Shown here: positions 39,901 to 51,900 of the stretch, piece by piece
Layout: every line of letters begins with the position of its first letter
Position numbering within the stretch: position 1 is the stretch's first letter
Origin: Malacoraja senta
Taxonomy: Eukaryota
Direction of reading: 5' to 3'
NCBI GenBank assembly: GCA_038087875.1
Contig: CM075997.1
Location: 186,034-250,000 of the forward strand
Length of the DNA stretch: 63,967 nt
Made by a program: the position numbers and the translations under genes
Notes under the pieces: generated by a model
The model's database searches: none
What the model saw: the letters and a program-made list of their open reading frames with translations, nothing else
What the model was told of the DNA's origin: nothing

Positions 39901-42900
39901 CGCACCCGCTGAGTTTCTCCAGCACTTTTGTCTGCACTGAATCTGAACTGCTTACCTCTGGTTATCACACCTCCAGAAGGCCTTGGGGAAAGTTGCAGCA
40001 GAGATTCACCACAGTGGTGCTAAAAGATTTAAATAATGAAGACAATGAAGTAAAGCATCCTTTATTGTCATTCAGACTTTTCCGTCTGAACGAAATTTCG
40101 TGCCTTGCAGTCATAACATAGAATAAAATAACAAAACACACAATAAACACAGATTTAACATCCCCCACAGTGAGTCCACCAGGCACCTCCTCACTGTGAT
40201 GGAAGGCAAAAGTCTTAAAGTCCTTGTCTCTTCCCTCCTTCTTCTCCCTCTGCGTTGAGGCGATCCAGGCTTCCGATGTTGCGACCCCCGCCGGGTGATG
40301 GTAAGTAAATCCCGCGGCTGAATCCGAGCTCCGCCAACGGGCCGGTTCAAACTCCGCGGCCCGGGGAGGTCGAAGCTGCCACCCTCCAGTCCAGCGGACG
40401 AAGCTGTCGCCGCGGGAGCTCCGGAAAACAGGTCACCAACCTGGGACCTGCGGGCTCCCGACGTTGTCGTCCACTGGGCCCGAGGCCGAGTCCACTGGGC
40501 CCGCGGCCGAGCCTCCGAGGCTCCGAAGTCGGGTCGCTGCCGCAGCAACACCTATGGAGACGCATAGGGTAAGCTTGGATTCATGGTGAACAGGAGATAG
40601 ACCGATGATCTCATTGGGATGTTAAAGATGACTCAAGGTATTTAAAAAGTAGTCGGCTTGTAAAGTTTCAGCTTGTGTTAACCCAAGCTCTACTCAAATA
40701 TTCCTTTATTCCCATCAAGCCTGGTAGGACTAATAGCCCTGTCCCACGGTACGAGTTCATTCCAAGAGCTCTCCCGAGTTTTTTAAAAAATAATCAAACT
40801 CGTGGTAAGCACGGAGAATGAACGTAGCGGGTACGTCGGAGCTCGGGGACGTCTCTTAGGGGCTCGCAACGCTAACGGCAGGTACTCGGGAAGACTCGCT
40901 AACGGCAGGTAAGCTCGGGAAGACTCGTGAAGATTTTTCAACATGTTGAAAAATGTCCACGAGAGCCCCGAGTACCGACGAGTGGCCATTACCGTAAATC
41001 TCCGAGTTTGAATCGGGCAAACTCGGGAGAGCTCTTGGAATGAACACGTACCGTGGGACAGGGCTTTAAGGCGAACAAATGCAATGAAGATGCAGATTAG
41101 TTCTAATTTGGTTGAATGAAATTGTTCAATTGGGATACCTGGTTCATTGTACTTGTGCTGAGTGCAAACTGGAGCTGGGTCATATAGTAAATGGAGAATG
41201 GTATGTGCCAGTGAGGGTAGTGTTAATGTGTAGGATGCCAGGGGTGGTATAGGGGATATCCAATAGAACTGATCATATTGTGATCTTAGTGACACCATTT
41301 TAGACATATTTGGCCAAAATGTTGTCACTCTGGCATTTTAGCCAAATTAGCCAGTTTCAATAAAAACTAGACATAATATCTTAACACAATAGACACAAAA
41401 TGCTGGAGTAACTCAGCGGGACAGGCAGCATCTCTGGAGAGAAGGAATGGGTGATGTTTTGGATCGAGACCCTTCTTCAGACTGAGATGCTGCCTGTCCT
41501 GCTGAATTATTCCAGTGTTTTGTGTCTATCCAGTAACTGCTGAGTTACTCCAGCGTTTTGTGTCTATCTTTGGTTTAAACCAGCATCTGCAGTTCCTTCC
41601 TACACACCTTAACACAATACATCCATTGTGTTTGACAGAGCACACTTGTTGCCAATGAGTAAGCGATGAATGAAAACATTTTCACCCGTGGTCTCTCCAT
41701 CATTCTGCTGGCAAACACTCGGATATATGTGTATATATCATGAGCATCAGTATTGAGAACATATGCATAGGCATCCATTACTCACTTCATATTCATGGAT
41801 ATAGTCACACTAGCAACCCCAATAAGCCACAAGTGGTCAGAGGGTGATGCTTGGATAGCATTCACAATTGTTTCGTCTTGATGTCCTTAATGGAAATTCA
41901 GCCCACAGCGAAGGAACGGAAGTATTCTCTGTCTCTATTATATGCAAAGTGGTACAACACAAATCAGCCCCTAGTTTGATGCTGAATGACAGACATTGCA
42001 CTCAGTGATGAGTGGGGAAATGTAATCTTTGCTGTGCTTTTCTGAGCTTTGGGCAGTGGAATGTCTAAAAAGCACCTGGCACTGTTCGGCCTAACTTTAA
42101 GGGACTTTAGGCATGTCACAATTCTATTCNNNNNNNNNNNNNNNNNNNNNNNNNNNNNNNNNNNNNNNNNNNNNNNNNNNNNNNNNNNNNNNNNNNNNNN
42201 NNNNNNNNNNNNNNNNNNNNNNNNNNNNNNNNNNNNNNNNNNNNNNNNNNNNNNNNNNNNNNNNNNNNNNNNNNNNNNNNNNNNNNNNNNNNNNNNNNNN
42301 NNNNNNNNNNNNNNNNNNNNNNNNNNNNNATAATTCTGCAAAGAATTGACAATAATGATGCTCATGTACTATATGAAACCAGTAAATGATCCAAAGTGTA
42401 GAACTAGTCTATGTTAATGTTGCTGCTGTATTTTATTTCAACCTATCTACATATTCTATTCATTTCTCTCTTAAGCTTCCACATTCTCGCAGTTCCATGG
42501 GTTAAGACGTTTGCCCCGAGTTGCTGCCGGGTTTAATCCTGACCTCGAGTACTGTCTCTGTGGAGTTTGCACGTTCTCCCTGTGACTGGGTGTGTTTCCT
42601 TCGGGTGCTCCAGTTTCCTCCCACGTCCCGAGGATGCGCAGATTAATTGGCCTCTGTGAATTGTCCCTAGAGTGTAGGGAGTGGATGTGAAAATGGGATA
42701 ACAAAGAGTTAGTGTGAATGGGTGATGGATGGTCGGTGTGGACTTGGTGTGCCAAAGCGCCTGTTTCCATACAGCATGTTTCAATCATTTTCTGTACAAA
42801 TGTTAATCTCTGAATTGAAAATGATTGCTGCACTTGGCCAATAGATGGTGCTCCAAGGTCTCAAACAAACCAACTCAAAGAGGCAACAGTAACTAACTCC

Positions 42901-45900
42901 AATTTGAATGATAATTATAATTTTGCAGAACTATGGCAGCTTTTTCAGCTTGCTTTGTGCTCTTCCCTGTTCTAGCAGCACGTCAGTGGAGGGGTCAAAT
43001 TTTCTGCCAATATGAAGTTTCTCCCAAGGGGCCTATTGTGTTAATATTGCCCCCTGTGAATTTCCCATACATGCCTTCCAGCGAGGATTCTCACCCATCA
43101 GCACCTAACGGACAGTTGCCATACCCCACGAGTTTCCAGTATGTCATCCCTGTGGCTGGCATTCAGTTACACGCAAGAAGTATTTGTGCTGCCTGGATTA
43201 CAGGGTATTAGCTTTAAGGAGAAGATAGACACAAAAATCAGCAGGACAGGCAGCATCTCTGGAGAGACGCTGTCTGTGTGGCGTTGGCTATAAGGGGAGG
43301 TTGGACAAACTTGGATTGATTTTCTCTGGAGCATCAGAGACTGAGGGGAGATCTGACGGGTTTATAACATTATGAGAGGCATTGTTGGGCTATTTAGTCC
43401 GATCCTTTTTGATGGAAATGTCAAAATCTAGAGGGCATAGGTCAGGGTTGCGAGGGTTAAAGTTCAAAGCAGATGTGCGGGGCAAGTTTTTTAAATTTTG
43501 CATCGAGAATGGTGAATGTCTGGATAGTGTTGCCTGGGGTGGCAGTGGGGCAGATGCAATCGGCATTTAAAAGCCTTTTGGATAGGTACATGGATATGAA
43601 GAAAAGCAGGCATATGCAACACGTGCAGGCAGAAGAGATTAGTTTAAACTGGCATCATAATTGCCATGGACATTGTGGACCAAACGTACGTGCGCACCCA
43701 CTCTCTGTCTCTGTCTCTGTCTCTGTCTGTCTCTGTCTCTGTCTCTGTCTCTGTCTCTGTCTGTGTCTCTGTCTCTGTCTCTGTCTGTGTCTCTCTGTCT
43801 CTCTCTGTGTCTCTCTGTGTCTCTCTCTGTGTCTCTCTCTGTGTCTCTCTCTGTGTCTCTCTCTGTGTCTCTCTCTGTGTCTCTCTCTGTGTCTCTCTCT
43901 GTGTCTCTCTCTGTGTCTCTCTCTGTGTCTCTCTCTGTGTCTCTCTCTGTGTCTCTCTCTGTGTCTCTCTCTGTGTCTCTCTCTGTGTCTCTCTCTCTCT
44001 CATTGCTACTTGATTTTTTTTCTCACCACCCATCCCATTTTCCTTCTCGCAGTCGACTCTCAGTCCTCTCAGGAACATGTTATGTGGTCTCTCCCCAGGG
44101 AACAGTATCGCAGCAATGTCAACTCGCTGCGGGAGTTGGCTGCCATCTTGCCAGTGCCGCCTCAGAAACGGGAAAAGCGTCTCACAAAGGTACAGGAACC
44201 AACCTCTTCCCCCTCCCCCCCCCCCCACCCCCCAACCCCCAACCCCACACCTCCCTCCACCTGCTCGGTAAAGAAAACACAGCAAATTCTAACCGCCTCT
44301 CTAATCTTCCTGTCATCAGTGTAAGCTGTTCAATAATACTTCTCCCTACACAAGGCTGAGCAAAGGGTGAAATTGCCTCTGGTCCTTGGTAATTAATCAT
44401 GGAGGCAAAATGTGGACAGGTACAAAACATAATTCAATAAGCTCATTAATTGTTGGCCTTTATCTTGAGGGGGGTGATATAAAGTGTGGTGCCGTTATTC
44501 TGAGGTATGGTGAAGCTCGGGTAAGAGAGCATGCACTGAATGTGTTTAAGAAGGAACTGCAGATGCTGGAAAATCGAAGGTAGACAAAAGTGCTGGAGAA
44601 ACTCAGCGGGTGCGGCAGCATCTATGGAGCGAAGGAAATAGGCAACGTTTCGGGACGAAACCCGGAAGGGTTTCGGCCCGAAACGTTGCCTATTTCCTAT
44701 AGTGGAGATTGTTCAACTCTTTACATGGAGCGAAGGAAACGTTGCCTATTTCCTACAGTGGAGATTGTTCAACTCTTTACATGGAGCGAAGGAAACGTTG
44801 CCTATTTCCTTCGCTCCATAGATGCTGCCGCACCCGCTGAGTTTCTCCAGCACTTTTGTCTGCACTGAATCTGAACTGCTTACCTCTGGTTATCACACCT
44901 CCAGAAGGCCTTGGGGAAAGTTGCAGCAGAGATTCACCACAGTGGTGCTAAAAGATTTAAATAATGAAGACAATGAAGTAAAGCATCCTTTATTGTCATT
45001 CAGACTTTTCCGTCTGAACGAAATTTCGTGCCTTGCAGTCATAACATAGAATAAAATAACAAAACACACAATAAACACAGATTTAACATCCCCCACAGTG
45101 AGTCCACCAGGCACCTCCTCACTGTGATGGAAGGCAAAAGTCTTAAAGTCCTTGTCTCTTCCCTCCTTCTTCTCCCTCTGCGTTGAGGCGATCCAGGCTT
45201 CCGATGTTGCGACCCCCGCCGGGTGATGGTAAGTAAATCCCGCGGCTGAATCCGAGCTCCGCCAACGGGCCGGTTCAAACTCCGCGGCCCGGGGAGGTCG
45301 AAGCTGCCACCCTCCAGTCCAGCGGACGAAGCTGTCGCCGCGGGAGCTCCGGAAAACAGGTCACCAACCTGGGACCTGCGGGCTCCCGACGTTGTCGTCC
45401 ACTGGGCCCGAGGCCGAGTCCACTGGGCCCGCGGCCGAGCCTCCGAGGCTCCGAAGTCGGGTCGCTGCCGCAGCAACACCTATGGAGACGCATAGGGTAA
45501 GCTTGGATTCATGGTGAACAGGAGATAGACCGATGATCTCATTGGGATGTTAAAGATGACTCAAGGTATTTAAAAAGTAGTCAGCTTGTAAAGTTTCAGC
45601 TTGTGTTAACCCAAGCTCTACTCAAATATTCCTTTATTCCCATCAAGCCTGGTAGGACTAATAGCCCTGTCCCACGGTACGAGTTCATTCCAAGAGCTCT
45701 CCCGAGTTTTTAAAAAAATAATCAAACTCGTGGTAAGCACGGAGAATGAACGTAGCGGGTACGTCGGAGCTCGGGGACGTCTCTTAGGGGCTCGCAACGC
45801 TAACGGCAGGTACTCGGGAAGACTCGCTAACGGCAGGTAAGCTCGGGAAGACTCGTGAAGATTTTTCAACATGTTGAAAAATGTCCACGAGAGCCCCGAG

Positions 45901-48900
45901 TACCGACGAGTTTCCATTACCGTAAATCTCCGAGTTTGAATCGGGCAAACTCGGGAGAGCTCTTGGAATGAACACGTACCGTGGGACAGGGCTTTAAGGC
46001 GAACAAATGCAATGAAGATGCAGATTAGTTCTAATTTGGTTGAATGAAATTGTTCAATTGGGATACCTGGTTCATTGTACTTGTGCTGAGTGCAAACTGG
46101 AGCTGGGTCATATAGTAAATGGAGAATGGTATGTGCCAGTGAGGGTAGTGTTAATGTGTAGGATGCCAGGGGTGGTATAGGGGATATCCAATAGAACTGA
46201 TCATATTGTGATCTTAGTGACACCATTTTAGACATATTTGGCCAAAATGTTGTCACTCTGGCATTTTAGCCAAATTAGCCAGTTTCAATAAAAACTAGAC
46301 ATAATATCTTAACACAATAGACACAAAATGCTGGAGTAACTCAGCGGGACAGGCAGCATCTCTGGAGAGAAGGAATGGGTGATGTTTTGGGTCGAGACCC
46401 TTCTTCAGACTGAGATGCTGCCTGTCCTGCTGAGTTACTCCAGCGTTTTGTGTCTATCTTTGGTTTAAACCAGCATCTGCAGTTCCTTCCTACACACCTT
46501 AACACAATACATCCATTGTGTTTGACAGAGCACACTTGCTGCCAATGAGTAAGCGATGAATGAAAACATTTTCACCCGTGGTCTCTCCATCATTCTGCTG
46601 TCAAACACTCGGATATATGTGTATATATCATGAGCATCAGTATTGAGAACACATGCACAGGCATCCATTACTCACTTCATATTCATGGATATAGTCACAC
46701 TAGCAACCCCAATAAGCCACAAGTGGTCAGAGGGTGATGCTTGGATAGCATTCACAATTGTTTCGTCTTGATGTCCTTAATGGGAATTCAGCCCACAGCG
46801 AAGGAACTCTGTATTCTCTGTCTTAATTATATGCAATGTGGTTAAGATCGGTGTACAACACAAATCAGCCCCTAGTTTGATGCTGAATGACAGACATTGC
46901 ACTCAGTGATGAGTGGGGAAATGTAATCTTTGAGGTGCTTTTCTGAGCTTTGGGCAGTGGAATGTCTAAAAAGCACCTGGCACTGTTCTACCTAACTTTA
47001 AGGGACTTTAGGCATGTCAAAATTCTATTCCAAAGCCAAAAAATGAGGATGGGAGCAGGATAAAAATCACTGCCCTTTCTTGTGACATTGCTGTTTCTGC
47101 ACATCAGCCACAACATATCAGAGCAAATAGAAGTAGGGACTTGGTAATAGTGTATCTATCTCTAGTTGGGGAATTGATGAACATCTTGATATCAGTTCCA
47201 CTCGGTGTTGACCCGATCTCCACCCATAATGTGCCTACTACCCCTTATCAAATGTTGTGAGGCATCAGCATTTTCAGTTCTGATTTCAGCTTTCTTCATT
47301 CTTAGTTGTTCAGTGGAAGTGCTATAGCTGTTAAAAGGAGTGTTGTAGTTGTTGAATACATTGTCGCCACCCCATTTCCAACAATGGCTTACTGAAAGCA
47401 TTCTTCCCCTCTTGCCCAAAGATCATGGCTTCAAGCCCCAAGCAGAAAAATCAGAATTCAACCAGTGGGTTCAAATTGGAATACGAGGAGGAATTTATTT
47501 AGTCGGAGGGTGGTGAATCTGTGGAGTTCATTGCCACAGAAAGCTGTCGAGGATATATTTAAGGCAGAGATAGATAGATTCTTGATTCGTACGGGTGTCG
47601 GGGGTTATGGGGAGAAGGCAGGAGAATGGGGTTCGGAGGGAGAGATAGATCAGCCATGATTGAATGGCGGAATAGTCTTGATGGGCTGAATGGTCTAATT
47701 CTGCTCCTATCACTTATGACCTTATGAAGCCGCATGGAGAGAAATCAGTATTCAACCCTTGACATTAAATGCCCAGCGAGTTGGAGGTGCTATCTTCCAT
47801 GTAGGTAATTGAGCCAAATTCTATCTATTGACCATCCCATAATGTAAGGACATTGGCCTTCACCATCCATAGAGTGATAGAGCTATACAGAGTTGTTGGT
47901 TCATCATACCCTGGCTGCCCGTCATATCTCCAAGGGTCAACATCATGTCATGGTGCAGAATTTTGCGTGTGCTTAATATCCTCAGATCTAATCTACCTGG
48001 AGCAATGTTCCTGACAGGGTTGCCCATAGTTGGGAGGTGGGGGAAGGTTCCCAAGAAGAAGACCTCGATGGTCAAACAAGCGGAGGATGGCGGCTGGCCA
48101 GTAGGTGGAGCACCTCCTCTGAGAAGACAGAAGGAGGCTGCAGCAGGGAGAGATTCCCAATCGTCATGGAGTCCATGCCTTTGGACCTGGGCTTGTCTCT
48201 GTCAAGGTGGTGGCCCATACACCAGTCTCCCCAGGTTAAAAGATGTCTGGCACTGATGCCTCCCTGGAGGGACATGAGGATGAGCCCAACTATCAAGGAC
48301 ACGGAGATGATTGATGATCATGACCCATCTACACTAATCCTATTTTCCTCACATTAGGTCCCTAACTTTCTATGCCTTGATAATGCAAGAACATATCTGG
48401 ATCCTGCTGATATGTTGAGAGAGTATCAGGTTCCACCACCTCAGGCAGCACATTCCCGACTCCGAGGAGAGTTACAAAGACCTCCAAGGGCCTCGTGTCG
48501 ACCATGCTGCGAGTATGAGTCGAGGGCAAACTCCTCTGAACTCGAGGATTAGGTCGGCGCAGTGGGACAGCCCCTTTACCCTTCACATTTCCTTTAAACT
48601 TTGCCCCTCTCGCCTTAAAGCTACGTCCTCTAGTCTTTGACATTTCCACCCTGGAAAAATGGTTCTGACTGTTTATCTTATCTATGCCTCTCATAATTTT
48701 ATGTACTTCTATCAGGTCTCCCCTCTACCTCCAGCGTTTCAGAGAGAACTATCCTAGTTTGTTCAAGTCTAAAGAAGGGTCTCGACCCGAAACGTCGCCC
48801 ATTCCTTCTCTCCAAAGAATGATTCAATTCGCATGTGTAATCAATAATGTTTTATTTTTAATGTTTTATGTGTCATTCCTAACTGTCACTGTATGTCATG

Positions 48901-51900
48901 TTGTCACTTGTGGGCGGAGCACCAAGGCAAATTCCTTGTATGTGAATACGTGGCCAATAAACTTATTCATTCAGAGATGCTGCCTCACCTGCTGAGTTAC
49001 TCCAGCATTTTGTGTCTACCCAAGTTTGCTCAATCTCTCCTTGTAGCTAATGCCCCTAATTGTAAGGCAAAGCTTGTAGATTTTCTGAAGTACTGAATCC
49101 ATGTAAGTTCTCTTCTCTTTTACAGAAGGAGGTTCTCAACCAGGTTTTGCGTTACATTGCATTTCTTAACAGGCACATCAGCAATGCTAAATCCCTGCTA
49201 AAGAATAATTCTGTGGAGATAGATGAAAATGGTAAGGACTTGAAATTTCAACTGAAGTAGCACCTTTATGATCTACAACTAAACCGCGAGTCACCTCAAA
49301 GACCTGTGCTATCACCTGTGCTCATGGCTTGGTGGTTAATATCCCTGTCTTGCTCCAGGCTCACGACCGTCTGCTCATCAATAAATTGGGAAGTAGAATT
49401 CTGAGATTAAGAATCCCAAGGTGCCCTTGAGAATTTTGGTACTTGCATAGGCAATTTGGGATACTCTTGATTTGTTTTTAGTTAAGGGCATCCCTCATCA
49501 TCCTTGAATTGCTGCTTGAATGATAAGGAAATGCATCTCATCCCAGTGTGGGGAAAAAATTCAACTTTGGCTTCTGAGATCTGTTCTTTTTGATAGAAAT
49601 ATTTAAAAATCTAATTGATTTGCTTGTCTTTGATTAAGATCATAGTCCAAAATGTCTGCACCTGACTCGCTGACAAGACTATTTTGCTATTTTGCTGATT
49701 TAAATTTCAATATGTAATGAGCACTGACCTTTTTGTTCAGGTACATGGATTGGAAAGATTTAGAGGCATTTGGGCCAAATGGGGGGCGGATGAGACTAGC
49801 TGATAGGGCATCTTGGTTGGCATGGGCAGTTGGGCTGAAGGGCCTGTTTGCGTGCTTGATTACTCCAACGGTTAGTGACCTGTGATGGGTCAGATAGTCT
49901 TTTTTCATCTCACAATATATTTGTAATTTTCTTTTATAATCTTATCTGTGATTTAGACAATAGGTGCAGGAGTAGGCCATTTGGCCCTTCGAGCCATGCA
50001 ATGTGATCATGGCTGATCATCCCCAATCAGTACCCCATTCCTGCCTTCTCCCCATATCCCCTGACTCCGCTCTTTAAGAGCCCTATCTAGCTCTCTCTTG
50101 AAAGTATCCAGAGAACCGGCCTCCACCGCCCTCTGAGGCAGAGAATTCCACAGACTCGCAACTCTCTGTGAGGAAAAAGTGTTTCCTCGTCTCCATTCTA
50201 AATGGCTTACCCCTTATTCTTAAACCGTGGCCCCTGGTTCTGGACTCCCCCAACATCGAGAACATGTTTCCTGCCTCTAGCGTGTCCAAACCCTTAACAA
50301 TCCTGTATGTTTCAATAAGATTCCCTCTCATCCTTCTAAACTCCAGAGTGTACAAGCCCAGCCGCTCCATTCTCTCAGCATATGACAGTCCCGCCATCAT
50401 AGAAACATAAAAACATAGAAATTAGGTGCAGGAGTAGGCCATTCGGCCCTTTGAGCCTGCACCGCCATTCAATATGATCATGGCTGATCATCCAACTCAG
50501 TATCCCGTACCTGCCTTCTGATCCCTTTAGCCACAAGGGCCACATGTAACTCCCTCTTAAATATAGCCAATGAACTGGCCTCGACTACCCTCTGTGGCAG
50601 AGAGTTCCAGAGATTCACCACTCTCTGTGTGAAAAAAGTTCTTCTCATCTCGGTTTTAAAGGATTTCCCCCTTATCCTTGAGCTGTGACCCCTTGTCCTG
50701 GACTTCCCCAACATCTGGAGCAATCTTCCTGCATCTAGCCTGTCCAACCCCTTAAGAATTTTGTAAGTTTCTATAAAATCCCCTCTCAATCTCCTAAATT
50801 CTAGAGAGTATAAACCAAGTCTATCCAGTCTTTCTTCATAAGACAGTCCTGACATCCCGGGAATTAACCTTGTAAACCTACGCTGCACTCCCTCAATAGC
50901 AAGAATGTCCTTCCTCAAATTAGGAGACCAAAACTGCACACAATACTCCAGGTGTGGTCTCACTAGGGCTCTGTACAACTGCAGATGGACCTATTTGCTC
51001 CTATACTCGACTCCTCTTGTTATAAAGGCCAACATGCCATTTGCTTTCTTCACTGTGATCTCTTCACTTTCATCTCTTCCTTACCAACCTCCTTCAGCCT
51101 AGTCACTTTTCTCCCTATCCCCTCTTTTGAAACATTTGTGAAACATCTTGTGACATTTTTGCATGTGAAAGGTGCAATATAAATGCAAGTTTTTCACGTG
51201 ACATTCCTTCAAACCAATAACCGCGCTAATTTTTCTCTGACAGAATGCTTCTTAAATGGAGAGGAGTCGACAAGTCCAGAGGAAGCTGGGCAGAGTAATG
51301 CAGAGGAGATGAGCCCTCCGTCCTCATCCCCAAACTTCAAGAAAATGAGGCTGAGGAATATCTGCCCCAAACCTAGGAAAAAAAAATGGATGGAAAAAAC
51401 AGGTGTGTAATCCTGGACAAGGGTTCATCTATAATAAACTCGGCTCATCAACATTAAAAAACATTTGGACAGGTACATGGATAAGAGAGGTTTAGATGGA
51501 TGGAGGTTTAGGGCAAACACACGGTGGTGCAGTGGTAGAGTTGTCATCTTACAGCACCAGAGAAGCAGGTTTGACCCTGACTACAGGTGTTGTCTGTGTG
51601 AAGTTTGTCCAATCTCCCCGTGACCATGTGGGTTTTCTCCGGGTGCTCTGGTTTCCTCCCACATTCCAAAGACATATAGTTTCTAGGTTAATTGACTTTG
51701 GTGTGAAAGGTAGTGCTAGTGTATGGGGATCGCAGTTTGGTGCAGACTCGGTGGGCTGAAGGGCCTGTTTCCGCGCTGTATCTCTAAACTAAACTGAACT
51801 GAACTAAGCAAGTTGGTGGAAGTGCAGATGGGGCTTGTTGGTCGGTGTGGGAAAGTTGGGCGGAAGAGCCTGTTTCCATGTTGCATGACTCTGCCCCTCA

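Larger units (their letters stand above)
37332..47030. other. Gap-flanking duplication: 37332-42129 repeated at 42330-47030 around a 200-N gap (42130-42329)
   Basis: Copy 2 begins exactly at the gap end with ATAATTCTGCAAAG (=37332); copy 1 ends exactly at the gap with ATTCTATTC (=47030); scattered SNP/indel differences. Confidence 0.95.

Noticed and set aside
41964..42365. ORFs spanning the N run
   Set aside because: Artefacts of translating the gap.
39174..44189. Mutually exclusive duplicated bHLH exons
   Set aside because: The copies are identical and the duplication ends coincide exactly with an assembly gap; haplotype overlap is the simpler explanation.
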